The notes: generated by a model from the sequence alone, not told the origin. Shown: positions 1 to 8,923, numbered from the stretch's first letter. The stretch is 64,000 bases of DNA from Oscillospiraceae bacterium (GCA_015063545.1 SVTX01000004.1:4691-68690), one strand, 5' to 3'. Program-made: numbers and translations.

Positions 1-1410
1 ATCAAGACGGGCAGGTTTCATGTCGTGCTGATACTGACCTACGCCGATGGACTTGGGATCTATTTTTACAAGCTCTGCAAGCGGGTCCTGAAGTCTTCGC
101 GCGATAGAGACCGCAGAACGTTGCATAACGTCAAAGTCCGGGAATTCTTCTGTTGCGAGCTTAGATGCGGAATAAATGGAAGCGCCTGCCTCGTTTACAA
201 CTATATATTTACAGCCCGATTCGGGTATTTCCTTTAAAAGTCCTGCGCAGAAAATTTCACTTTCCTTGGAAGCCGTTCCGTTACCTATTGCGATAACGTC
301 TACGTGGTGCTTCTTTATGAGAGTTTTCATTATTCTTGAAGCTTCTTCGGTGCGAGAACGGGGCTTTGTAGGATATATAACGGCGGTGTCAAGCACCTTA
401 CCCGTCTTATCAACTACCGCGAGTTTACATCCGTTTACGTAACCGGGGTCAAAGCCAAGCACGGTTTTGCCCTTGAGGGGAGATTGCATAAGAAGATGTC
501 CGAGGTTGTCCGAGAATACCTTGATAGCTCCCTCGGAGGCGAGGTCAAACATGTCGTTTCTGATTTCTCGTTCAATAGAGGGCGCAATAAGTCTTTCATA
601 GCCGTCCATAACAGCTGCGGAAACGTGCTTGTATGCGGGGCTTGCAGGCTCTGTTATAACACACGCGAGAAGGAAATTGAGCACGATCTCAGGGGATATA
701 ACAACAGCCACCTTGAGAAATTCCTCCTTCTCTCCTCTGTTGATGGCGAGAATTCTGTGACCGGGAATCTTTTTGAGAGGTTCGCTGTATTCATAGTACT
801 GAGCATAAACGGAGTCTTCGTCTTTTGCGTTACATACGTTGAGAAGTCCGTGATCAAACGTCTGCGCGCGAACGGATTTTCTGAATTCTGCATTATCGGA
901 GACCATTTCGGCGATAATGTCGCGAGCGCCTGCGAGAGCTTCCTCCGCGGATGCCACTTCCAGCTCTTCATTGATATATTCTGCTGCAATTTCGTCGATA
1001 GAAGGCTCATATTCCTTTCTTTGCTCCATAAGAATGAGAGCGAGAGGCTCAAGTCCTTTTGCCTTTGCGACGGATGCACGAGTTTTTCTCTTGGGGCGGA
1101 AGGGGCGATAAATATCGTCAACCTCGGTGATAGTGACGGCATTCATGATAGCCTGCTCTATCTCGGGGGTAAGATTGCCTTGAGCTTCGATAAGAGAACG
1201 CACCTCTTCCTTTCTCTTTTCTATGTTACGAAGATATTCAAGTCTGTCATTAAGATTACGGAGAGTCTCGTCGTCAAGGCTTCCCGTGACCTCTTTACGG
1301 TATCTTGCGATAAACGGAATAGTGTCACCGCCGTCGATAAGCTCAACGGTCTTTTGCACTTGTTCTTCCTTCAGCTTGAATTCTTCGGCTAATTTTTTGA
1401 TGATGTCCAT
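1..1410 (-). CDS. tex: Tex-like transcription accessory protein, N-terminal ~470 aa (3' end runs off the window start)
   Basis: Absent from the ORF track because it is open at position 1. Reverse complement from ATG 1410-1408 reads MDIIKKLAEEFKLKEEQVQKTVELIDGGDTIPFIARYRKE..., and the last codons at positions 30-1 read QHDMKPARLD. Both are typical of Tex. The listed + ORF 484..1392 is its antisense shadow. Confidence 0.85.
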   Translation of the reverse strand, partial: MDIIKKLAEEFKLKEEQVQKTVELIDGGDTIPFIARYRKEVTGSLDDETLRNLNDRLEYLRNIEKRKEEVRSLIEAQGNLTPEIEQAIMNAVTITEVDDIYRPFRPKRKTRASVAKAKGLEPLALILMEQRKEYEPSIDEIAAEYINEELEVASAEEALAGARDIIAEMVSDNAEFRKSVRAQTFDHGLLNVCNAKDEDSVYAQYYEYSEPLKKIPGHRILAINRGEKEEFLKVAVVISPEIVLNFLLACVITEPASPAYKHVSAAVMDGYERLIAPSIEREIRNDMFDLASEGAIKVFSDNLGHLLMQSPLKGKTVLGFDPGYVNGCKLAVVDKTGKVLDTAVIYPTKPRSRTEEASRIMKTLIKKHHVDVIAIGNGTASKESEIFCAGLLKEIPESGCKYIVVNEAGASIYSASKLATEEFPDFDVMQRSAVSIARRLQDPLAELVKIDPKSIGVGQYQHDMKPARLD

Positions 1411-1528
1411 GTATTATTGTTCCTTTCGGTTTTTGGTCTGTGATATTTGTGGGGGGAGAAAGCCCATAATCTGAAAGCAAATCCCTCTACCACGCCCGGC
1501 GTGAATTCCTTTAGACAAGGGAGCCAAA

Positions 1529-2278
1529 TTAATTCTGCGGTCCCTTATGTTTTTCAAGGCTTTCGGCGGGAATTTTTGACGCGCGTTTCTCAAGTGATGC
1601 TTGCTCACCCTCGGTCAGATATCTCCACTCACCGCGAGCAAGATTTGTGTCAAGCACGACCTCGCCAAACGTCACGCGTTCAAGGTAAGTTATCTGATTG
1701 TGTACGGCTATTGCCATAAGCTTTATCTGGTGATATTTTCCCTCGGTGAGGGTGATATATCCCTCGCGCTCACCCGTCATTTCAACGCGGCAGGGCGCGG
1801 TCATGTATCCGCCGATGTCAACACCGCCCTCAAGGTTCTTAACGTCCTCGTCAGACACGGGAAACTTGGTCTCAAAACGGTATTTTTTATCAACGTGGTT
1901 TTTGGGTGAGAGCAGCTTGTGCGCGAGCGGGCCGTTGTTTGTGAGTATCATAAGTCCGAGCGTATTTTTATCAAGTCTGCCGCAGGGGAAAAGTCCTATT
2001 CTCTGCAGCTCGTCCGGTAGGAGAGTCAGAACAGTCGGTGAGAGCTTATCGTCAGTCGCGCTGACGTAGCCCTCGGGCTTATTGAGCATGATATACGTAA
2101 ACTCACGGTAGATTATCTTCTGACCGTTATAGCAGATTATATCTTTCGTGGGATCAATGTGACCGCTTGAGCGACGTGTTACGACACCGTTTACGGTAAT
2201 TTGTCCGTTTTTAGCCGCTCTTGCCGATTCTGTGCGCGTCAGTACACCAGCATCGGACAGGTATTTGTCAAGCCGCAT
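1529..2278 (-). CDS. S4-domain pseudouridine synthase, RsuA/RluB family
   Basis: ORF 1529..2305. MRLDKYLSDAGVLTRTES is an S4 domain and GRLDKNTLGLMILTNNG is the catalytic Asp motif. Start moved to ATG 2278, which lies about 7 nt after AGGAG. Confidence 0.85.
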   Translation of the reverse strand: MRLDKYLSDAGVLTRTESARAAKNGQITVNGVVTRRSSGHIDPTKDIICYNGQKIIYREFTYIMLNKPEGYVSATDDKLSPTVLTLLPDELQRIGLFPCGRLDKNTLGLMILTNNGPLAHKLLSPKNHVDKKYRFETKFPVSDEDVKNLEGGVDIGGYMTAPCRVEMTGEREGYITLTEGKYHQIKLMAIAVHNQITYLERVTFGEVVLDTNLARGEWRYLTEGEQASLEKRASKIPAESLEKHKGPQN

Positions 2279-2373
2279 ATATGCTCTCCTTCCTCTCAAA
2301 ATCAAACATGAATATTATAACATGTTTTGATCGATTTGTAAAGTGATTAAGGGCATTTTTTTATAAAAAAGAG

Positions 2374-2417
2374 GCTTCCCCATACGGGGAAGCTGTTCCC
2401 CTTGAGGGGAAGCTGTC
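2374..2417 (-). terminator. Tandem duplicated GC-rich hairpins followed by a T-run on the minus strand
   Basis: GCTTCCCC-ATAC-GGGGAAGC (2374-2393) and TTCCCC-TTGA-GGGGAA (2397-2412). GGGGAAGCTGT occurs twice (2386-2396, 2407-2417). On the minus strand the second hairpin is followed by CTCTTTTTT. Lies just 3' of the dehydrogenase gene. Confidence 0.65.
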
Positions 2418-2448
2418 GCTTTAGTGACTGATGAGGTGTCGTGTTTTG

Positions 2449-3396
2449 TTACACTACTCTATTCCTCTTTTCTCCGTTCAAAAATGCCTCAATATTTTTC
2501 ATAACTTCATCTCGGCAACGCACTCTTGCCTCGTATGCGCCCCAGGACATGTGGGGAGTGAGACATACGTTAGAAAGTCCCGCAATTTTGAAATACGGGT
2601 GGTCTGTACCGAATGGCTCGATTGAATAAACGTCAATTCCAAGACCGCCAAGCTTTCCGGTCTCTATCGCGTCAGCCAATGCCGCCTCGTCGGCAACAAG
2701 GCCGCGCGCCATATTGACGAATATCGCATCAGGCTTCATGGACTTTATTCTATGCTCATTTATAAGATTTTTCGTGTCGGGAGTTAAGGGTGTATGGACT
2801 GTGATAATATCAGATTCACGGCAAAGTGTGTCTATATCCACGCATTCAACGCCCTCGGTGGGTGTTCTCTTATTGACGATGACACGGCATCCAAGCGCTT
2901 CTGCAACTCTGCCCACCTGCGAGCCGATATTTCCGTAGCCAACTATTCCCCACGTCTTGCCGCATATCTCGTGATACACAGGCGTGAGCATATTTGCAAC
3001 TCCGCCGCGGGTATAGCTACCGTCAGCTACCGCATCTCTGTACTCATTCAGGTGTGATACAAGGCTCAGCACCATAGCCACAGTTATCTGTGCCACGCTT
3101 TGCGACGAATAGCCCACAACGTTGCAGACGGCGATATTATTTGCCTTGCAATACTCGGTGCCGATATTGTCATATCCTGTTGCCATTACGCAGATGAGCT
3201 TTAAATTTTTACATTCGGGCAGATTGTGCTCCCCCACCTTGACCTTGTTTATTATGATAACATCGGCATCGCCGATATTTTTTACGACTTCATCGGGAGA
3301 GGTTTTGCTATACACGGTAAGCTCTCCAAATGTCTCAAAAACTGATAAGTCCATATCCGCGCCGAGAGTTGATGCGTCAAGTATCTTTATCTTCAT
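2449..3396 (-). CDS. D-isomer-specific 2-hydroxyacid dehydrogenase (glycerate dehydrogenase/hydroxypyruvate reductase-like)
   Basis: 315 aa. NAD fold GIVGYGNIGSQVG, and MARG...E...TPH catalytic pattern typical of the family. Confidence 0.85.
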   Translation of the reverse strand: MKIKILDASTLGADMDLSVFETFGELTVYSKTSPDEVVKNIGDADVIIINKVKVGEHNLPECKNLKLICVMATGYDNIGTEYCKANNIAVCNVVGYSSQSVAQITVAMVLSLVSHLNEYRDAVADGSYTRGGVANMLTPVYHEICGKTWGIVGYGNIGSQVGRVAEALGCRVIVNKRTPTEGVECVDIDTLCRESDIITVHTPLTPDTKNLINEHRIKSMKPDAIFVNMARGLVADEAALADAIETGKLGGLGIDVYSIEPFGTDHPYFKIAGLSNVCLTPHMSWGAYEARVRCRDEVMKNIEAFLNGEKRNRVV

Positions 3397-3418
3397 AAAA
3401 TTCTCCTTTTTGCAGAAA

Positions 3419-3442
3419 GACCGAGGGCAACAGCCTTCGGTC
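3419..3442 (-). terminator. Possible hairpin terminator after the 64-aa ORF
   Basis: GACCGAGGGC-AACA-GCCTTCGGTC stem with one G-U pair. Only a weak T-run (TTTCTGC) follows on the minus strand. Confidence 0.4.
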
Positions 3443-3452
3443 AGTTTAATTT

Positions 3453-3647
3453 TTATTCTGCAATAACTTCTTCCTCGGCAAGCTTTTCGTCGATAAGATT
3501 TTCAACGGTTTCTTCTACGAGCTTGTTGTTTTTCTTTTTCTTTATCAAAACGATAGTCGCAACTATCGCTGCGACAGCCGTGATAGCGCCGATGGTGATG
3601 AGTACTATTTTGAGAGTGTTGTTCTTTTTCTTTTTTTCAAAAAACAT
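3453..3647 (-). CDS. Small single-pass membrane protein with acidic C-terminal tail (64 aa)
   Basis: MFFEKKKKNN, then hydrophobic helix IVLITIGAITAVAAIVATIVLI, then KKKKNNK, then acidic tail (LVEETVENLIDEKLAEEEVIAE). Has its own consensus promoter and a hairpin. Confidence 0.6.
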   Translation of the reverse strand: MFFEKKKKNNTLKIVLITIGAITAVAAIVATIVLIKKKKNNKLVEETVENLIDEKLAEEEVIAE

Positions 3648-3692
3648 AGTTATATCCTCCGTTCCTCATGGATAATTGTATATATCAATACA

Positions 3693-3721
3693 ATTATATA
3701 CAAAAATCAGCAATTTGTCAA
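3693..3721 (-). promoter_or_regulatory. SigA-type promoter: TTGACA, 17 nt, TATAAT (minus strand)
   Basis: Minus strand reads cTATTGACAaattgctgatttttgtaTATAATtg. The -35 is 3716-3721 and the -10 is 3693-3698, with a spacer of exactly 17. Confidence 0.6.
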
Positions 3722-3730
3722 TAGTACAAT

Positions 3731-4579
3731 TCAATAAATTGATTTTTTCAGCCTGATTTGGCATTTTGAGTATGCTCTGTTCTCTTTTTTCCATACGGAT
3801 AAGGCATTATTAAACTCGGCATCTAAAGCTTTCTTATCTTTGTCGGTAACGAAAGTTATTCGTCCGATCGGAATTCGTGACGCTATCTCGGATAATTCAT
3901 GTGATGTTTGCTGTGTGTTTATTCCTAAGTGTAGATTTGGATAACATAAAAGCTCATACATCGTGTCGTTCACTTCTGATGTTATAAGCAGTATTTTCGG
4001 AAACAGATGTGATGTTTCAAGATATTGGATAATTTTGACGGCTACATCTGTGTTACAACCTGTTGCGTCAACCGTTAAAATGTCGGAGCTCTCAAGACAA
4101 ATCTGTGCCTGTTCACGGATGTTCTGAACTGTGATCATTGCTCTTTCGTCGGCAGTTATATCTATACCCAAAGCTATCTTTTTTCGTATAAGATCCGAAT
4201 GATATTTGTCCGGTCTTACGAAACTTTGAGTATCAAGCCTTATGGCAGAAGAGATATCACTGTATTCAAGATATTGAACGGTCAACGTTTTTTCTGTGTT
4301 TCTGCCAAAGTGTGTTTCTTTATAGAATGCTTTCCATAAAGCATCACACGATTCCCCGCAGATATCTACGTCTTGATTGTATAGTTTATTGATGGAGGAC
4401 CTGATATCCGCAAACAGCTTTTGACCGGAAATCATAACCATACACTTGCACAAAACAGCAAAGTTTTCATAATCCGAGTGATTATATGAGAGATATTCTT
4501 CGGGGGCGCATATTTTCAAAATTGACGGAATACCCGGATGCTCATTCAGAAGATATTCATATATGTTTGACGGTTTCAT
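3731..4579 (-). CDS. Hypothetical protein (282 aa) with faint resemblance to uronate isomerase
   Basis: Long AT-rich ORF with no confident family. FVRPDK and PKILLITSEVND recall the UxaC motifs FRPDK and PKTILYSLNPND, but the metal-binding DYHCHL position reads SYNHSD. Confidence 0.55.
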   Translation of the reverse strand: MKPSNIYEYLLNEHPGIPSILKICAPEEYLSYNHSDYENFAVLCKCMVMISGQKLFADIRSSINKLYNQDVDICGESCDALWKAFYKETHFGRNTEKTLTVQYLEYSDISSAIRLDTQSFVRPDKYHSDLIRKKIALGIDITADERAMITVQNIREQAQICLESSDILTVDATGCNTDVAVKIIQYLETSHLFPKILLITSEVNDTMYELLCYPNLHLGINTQQTSHELSEIASRIPIGRITFVTDKDKKALDAEFNNALSVWKKENRAYSKCQIRLKKSIY

Positions 4580-4728
4580 TCAGCCTCCCCCTTTCTGTTT
4601 GTGCTTTGTAATGTTATTGTAGCATAAATACCGTTTTTTTTCAATAAAAAAATAAAATTTTAAAATGCTATGTACAAAACTGAAAAAATATGTTACAATA
4701 TAAAGGATATATTCTCAAGGAGGCCGCT

Positions 4729-5550
4729 ATGCTTTTGTACGACTATCATATACATACAAAATATTCCTTTGACGGAGATGCATCGGCAACTCCGAGGGCG
4801 ATATGCGAGGCGGCAATAGCCAAAGGACTTACAAGCATTGCTATTACAGACCATTTTGAGGCTAATTCTCAAGCAGAGGGACTTTACGCTCCTTACGACG
4901 CAAAAGCCGCATACTCAGACATAATGCAAGCAAAAGAGGATTTCAAAGACAAGATTCACGTTTCCTACGGTATAGAGATCGGACAGGCAAGTCAGTACCC
5001 CGATATTGCCAATGATTTTCTGCGTAAATACCCTGTCGAGTTTGTTCTAGCCTCGTTGCACAATCTTAAAGGAAAGCCTGATTTTTATTTTATGGATTTT
5101 AAAAGTATGCCCGAGGACGAGATAATTTCTCTATGTGCGGAGTACTTTACAGAAATGAAGGACATGATATGTGCGCTTGACAGGGTGGATTCCCTCGCGC
5201 ATATTACGTACCCGTGTCGGTACATTTCGCAGGCAGGCAAAACTGTTGATATGTCTGCGTTTTATGACAAGATAAGTGATATTTTCCGTATTATGGTCGC
5301 AAATAATATTGCCCTTGAGGTAAATACATCCACCTACACAAAGGGACTTGGATTCTGTATGCCCGACCGAGAGATTGTATATCTTTATAAGGAATGTGGC
5401 GGAGAGCTTGTTACTGTGGGAAGTGATGCCCACTCCCCCTCCTTGATAGGTTCATCTTCTGAATATGCGGAGCACATTTTGAGGGAGTGCGGAATAAAAA
5501 ATATACTTGTTTATTCAAATGGCAAAAAAGAGCAAAGAAAAATTAACTGA
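4729..5550 (+). CDS. PHP-domain phosphoesterase, HisJ-type histidinol-phosphatase family
   Basis: MLLYDYHIHTKYSFDGD, AITDHFE, YGIEIG, ASLHN, LEVNTS and GSDAHSP are PHP metal-ligand motifs. Start set at ATG 4729, preceded by AAGGAGG. Confidence 0.8.
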   Translation: MLLYDYHIHTKYSFDGDASATPRAICEAAIAKGLTSIAITDHFEANSQAEGLYAPYDAKAAYSDIMQAKEDFKDKIHVSYGIEIGQASQYPDIANDFLRKYPVEFVLASLHNLKGKPDFYFMDFKSMPEDEIISLCAEYFTEMKDMICALDRVDSLAHITYPCRYISQAGKTVDMSAFYDKISDIFRIMVANNIALEVNTSTYTKGLGFCMPDREIVYLYKECGGELVTVGSDAHSPSLIGSSSEYAEHILRECGIKNILVYSNGKKEQRKIN

Positions 5551-5565
5551 GAGGAATTTTTTATA

Positions 5566-7179
5566 ATGGAACTGACAAATTTCAGCCTTATATATCCCAA
5601 TGAAAAATCAAAGCAGGAGCATCTTGAGGGCATCTGTGTTCCCGACATCGATATGTACACCTTGCAGGAGCTTGGCCTCTTGGAAATATTTGATTTGAAA
5701 AGCGCAACCTTGTCCGATTATTTTACAACCGATATAGAGGTCATGAAATACCGTATGGGCATATTCCGAGACATGATGGATAACCCTGCTATATCCGAAA
5801 CATTCAACAAGGTAATTCCTATTGTTCAGGATATAACCGAGCTTCGAAGATTGGAGTCCGACAGCGGAGATGCTGACGACTATCTTTCCAGTATAACTGA
5901 GATAGAGCTGTACATTTCATGTATCGATATTCTTAACAGTGGGCTGTCTCAGGTCAAAGATAATGTCAAAAGCCAAGCATTTAAAATATTGACGCAGCGA
6001 ATTACTGAGCTGGCAGAATCTGAGTATTATGCGGAACTTAATCGCAAGCTTTCGGAACTTACCCGACGTGTACGGGAGATAAAAAGTGTGACTGTTGGAG
6101 TAAATCTTGATTCTCAGCTTCGCCCTACCGGCGCGGGTGTGCTTGCGGTGAATTCCGAGGCATTTAAGTCCGGAGATGCGCTTGATAAGATATTGCGTTT
6201 AAATTTTAAGGATGACGAATATACTTGTATAGCGAGTTTGGTTCCGTTTTCTAAAAAACAGTCCGAAAATCAGAAGATCGCTATGTCAAATGCTTTTAAT
6301 TCGGCTATCAGCGACGTGTACCGTTCTTCCCTTCGTTCGTGGAAGAAAATAGTACAGTCATACGTTCTTGAGAATACTGATTTTCTTATAGAGCTTATGC
6401 CGGAGATTGAGTTTGTGGTAAAAGGCGCGGCGCTAATGTCGGAGCTTTCTCAAAGAGGCTTTGATCTTTGTACCCCGACTTTTGCAGAGCTTGATGAGCG
6501 CAAATTTGAAGCTGTGGAGCTTTATAATCCTGTGGTTGCAATGAAGCTTCCAAAGGGAGAGGACATAGTGGGAAATGATATTTCATTCTCGAAAGAGGAT
6601 GCATTGATTTATATTCTCACAGGACCCAACAGAGGCGGGAAATCAGTAATAACTTGCGCTATAGGCATAGGGGTTGCTATGATGCAGCTCGGTCTGTTTT
6701 TCCCTGCTAAGAGCGTATGCGTAAGTCCTGCTGATGCTATATATACGCATTTCCCCACAGGTGCAGACGACACTATAGACAAAGGAAGACTCGGAGAGGA
6801 GTGCGCAAGACTTGTTGAGATTTTTGATAATGTAACAAGGTACAGTCTTGTATTGTTGGATGAATCTCTCTCCTCCACCGGATCGTATGAAGGCTCATAT
6901 ATTGCATCAGAGGTGATTGCCGGACTTGCGATTGTCGGTTGCAGAGCGCTTTTCGCAACTCATTTGCATGAGCTCGCTTCCGAGATAGATAGAATAAACG
7001 AGGTATCCAAAGCTAAAAACGGTTCTTATATCGATACTCTCGTTGCAGGTATAGATGAGGGCAAGCGTTCCTTTAAAATTGTAAGAGCAAAGCCCGACGG
7101 CAAGAGTTATGCAAGAGATATTGCAGATAGGTACGGACTTACTTTTGATAAGATCATTGATAAGATAGATAAGCAGTAA
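5566..7179 (+). CDS. MutS-family ABC ATPase lacking the mismatch-binding and Smr domains
   Basis: 537 aa. Walker A GPNRGGKS, Walker B LVLLDESLSSTG, and THLHEL (MutS domain V). The N-terminus is a helical core-like region with no domain I. Confidence 0.8.
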   Translation: MELTNFSLIYPNEKSKQEHLEGICVPDIDMYTLQELGLLEIFDLKSATLSDYFTTDIEVMKYRMGIFRDMMDNPAISETFNKVIPIVQDITELRRLESDSGDADDYLSSITEIELYISCIDILNSGLSQVKDNVKSQAFKILTQRITELAESEYYAELNRKLSELTRRVREIKSVTVGVNLDSQLRPTGAGVLAVNSEAFKSGDALDKILRLNFKDDEYTCIASLVPFSKKQSENQKIAMSNAFNSAISDVYRSSLRSWKKIVQSYVLENTDFLIELMPEIEFVVKGAALMSELSQRGFDLCTPTFAELDERKFEAVELYNPVVAMKLPKGEDIVGNDISFSKEDALIYILTGPNRGGKSVITCAIGIGVAMMQLGLFFPAKSVCVSPADAIYTHFPTGADDTIDKGRLGEECARLVEIFDNVTRYSLVLLDESLSSTGSYEGSYIASEVIAGLAIVGCRALFATHLHELASEIDRINEVSKAKNGSYIDTLVAGIDEGKRSFKIVRAKPDGKSYARDIADRYGLTFDKIIDKIDKQ

Positions 7180-7219
7180 AATAAGAAATGCTGTCGGTAC
7201 ACCGACAGCATTTCTTATT
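7180..7219. terminator. Bidirectional hairpin terminator between convergent genes
   Basis: AATAAGAAATGCTGTCGGT / ACCGACAGCATTTCTTATT is a long perfect stem flanked by A-run and T-run. It overlaps the yjbR-like stop codon. Confidence 0.8.
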
Positions 7220-7583
7220 TTTTCTTTTGTGTAAGCTCAATACTTTTGTTGATTAAAAATGTTATTAATTTGTGTGATAGACTTCCGTCAAGCGGAACTG
7301 TTACCCAGTGTGTTTTATTCATATGATACGCGGGTATGATTTGAGGATAAAGCTCAAACAGGGCAAGTGAATCTTCCGGACGACTTTTTACGTTCAAAAT
7401 ATCTATTTGATTATTTGTATCTCGTCCTATCTTTTGCTCCGGAATATTCATGATGATTCCGAACCATCTTTTCGTATCGGTGTGTCGAAGAACTGTAGTA
7501 TCAAAATCATTTTCAAATGGTTGATCAAAAGACACGTCGGATAGCGATTTCATGTATTCCAGAATAAATTCTCTGTCGCTCAT
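7215..7583 (-). CDS. MmcQ/YjbR family DNA-binding protein
   Basis: MSDREFILEYMKSL...DQPFENDFDTTVLRH...KRWFG...AYHMNKTHWVTV is typical of YjbR. Start ATG 7583 lies 1 nt after the upstream stop, which suggests coupling. Confidence 0.75.
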   Translation of the reverse strand: MSDREFILEYMKSLSDVSFDQPFENDFDTTVLRHTDTKRWFGIIMNIPEQKIGRDTNNQIDILNVKSRPEDSLALFELYPQIIPAYHMNKTHWVTVPLDGSLSHKLITFLINKSIELTQKKK

Positions 7584-7584
7584 A

Positions 7585-8166
7585 TTACATTTCTTTAACG
7601 TCGCCATAGGACGCAGGATCATTTTTATACATCTCGTAATATTCCATAATTACAGAGACTACCTCGTCGGGAGTTTTATTTGTAGTATCCACAACAAGAT
7701 TGTAATTTTTGAAATCATAATAGTCTGCGCCGTATATCTCTATAAATCTCTTTCGTTCAACAACGCTTCGCTCGACAAGCTTTTCGCATGCGTCGTTTAC
7801 GTCGGTATAGTGTTCCTCGGCGCTTATGCGGTTATAAAAAACTCTGTTTGCCGCTTCCATAGGATCAATAGTCAGGAATATTTTAAACGTATTTTCCGCA
7901 AAATGCCAAGCCATACGAGAGTCGAAAATGAGCTTGTCCTCTTTTCTCTCTCGTGAGATTTTTGTTACAAGGCTGTCTATTTCGTCATCAAGTTCGGGAT
8001 TTTCTTTCATTCTTTTGTTGAGCTCAAGCGTAGAGATGCCTTTTCTGCGAGCGAATTCACGCTGTATAGCACCTGTGCTGAATATTTCAAATCCATAATT
8101 TTCCTTTATGATTCCGCAAACGGTTGATTTTCCGCTTCCAAGTCTTCCTGTAATAGAAATAAGCAT
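7585..8166 (-). CDS. Cytidylate kinase-like P-loop NTPase
   Basis: MLISITGRLGSGKSTVCGII is a P-loop, and the remainder resembles the cytidylate-kinase-like family. Start moved to ATG 8166. Confidence 0.65.
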   Translation of the reverse strand: MLISITGRLGSGKSTVCGIIKENYGFEIFSTGAIQREFARRKGISTLELNKRMKENPELDDEIDSLVTKISRERKEDKLIFDSRMAWHFAENTFKIFLTIDPMEAANRVFYNRISAEEHYTDVNDACEKLVERSVVERKRFIEIYGADYYDFKNYNLVVDTTNKTPDEVVSVIMEYYEMYKNDPASYGDVKEM

Positions 8167-8258
8167 GTTTTTTCCCCTTTGGACAAGTTGTTTTAAAAAT
8201 ATTACGAGTGCCACCTTGTGACACCCGTAATAATATTGTGAAATACGAAAATAAGCGA

Positions 8259-8819
8259 TTATCCCTCGCGAGTTACGAGAACTATAGTAAACGATTCACC
8301 GTCTGCTACCTTGTCGGTGGATATGTGACCGTACGCATAGCTCTTGAGAAGGTTTTCGTTCTGGGGCTTGAGAAGGTTCTTTACAGTAATAGTTTTCTTG
8401 TTTCCGTCTTTGTCGACTTCACCTGTATAGAAAGTAGTTCCCTTGAGGGCTACCCAATACTGGTTGGCATCCTTAACGTAATAATCATCTATCTCTGTGA
8501 TCATAGAGCCGTCATCGGATGTTGAAAACCAGATATCCTTCTGAGTAGTATAGTATTCGATAATTCCCAAAACAGTGGGATTGAGACCTCTGTAATTGAA
8601 ATTGTCTTCACGGAAAATGTTAGATCCGGCGCTATCCTTTATTTCAAAAGACACAGTAATATCTACAAGCTCGGGAGTTACGTCACCCTTGGGAGCTTCT
8701 TTTTCAGATACTTTTTCTTGTGTCTGCGGTTTTTCTTCTTCCTTCGAACCACATGCTATAAAAGAGCAAGCCATAATGCTTACCAATAAAATCATAGCAA
8801 TTATCTTAATGGATTTCAT
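8259..8819 (-). CDS. Secreted lipoprotein, possibly DUF4430-like
   Basis: Signal peptide plus lipobox (MKSIKIIAMILLVSIMACSFIACG). GGAGG lies 7 nt before the ATG. The DUF4430 assignment is tentative. Confidence 0.6.
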   Translation of the reverse strand: MKSIKIIAMILLVSIMACSFIACGSKEEEKPQTQEKVSEKEAPKGDVTPELVDITVSFEIKDSAGSNIFREDNFNYRGLNPTVLGIIEYYTTQKDIWFSTSDDGSMITEIDDYYVKDANQYWVALKGTTFYTGEVDKDGNKKTITVKNLLKPQNENLLKSYAYGHISTDKVADGESFTIVLVTREG

Positions 8820-8854
8820 GTTTATTCCTCCGACAAATTGTTCTTAATACTAGA

Positions 8855-8883
8855 ATTATACTACATTACTCGCAATTTGTCAA
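8855..8883 (-). promoter_or_regulatory. SigA-type promoter: TTGACA, 17 nt, TATAAT (minus strand)
   Basis: Minus strand reads cTATTGACAaattgcgagtaatgtagTATAATtc. The -35 is 8878-8883 and the -10 is 8855-8860. Confidence 0.6.
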
Positions 8884-8923
8884 TAGATTTTGAGCGGTAT
8901 TTTATAAAAATTACGATGTCTGC

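Noticed and set aside
484-1392. 302-aa + strand ORF in the first 1.4 kb
   Set aside because: The opposite strand encodes an unmistakable Tex N-terminus in one continuous frame (1410 down to 1). The + ORF has a junk-like composition and no start signals, so it is an antisense shadow.
3710-3724. Identical 15-mer GCAATTTGTCAATAG here and at 8872-8886
   Set aside because: Both copies are the -35 hexamer (TTGACA on the minus strand) plus flanks of two consensus promoters. About one or two chance 15-mer matches are expected in 64 kb of AT-rich DNA, so this is not evidence of a repeat element.
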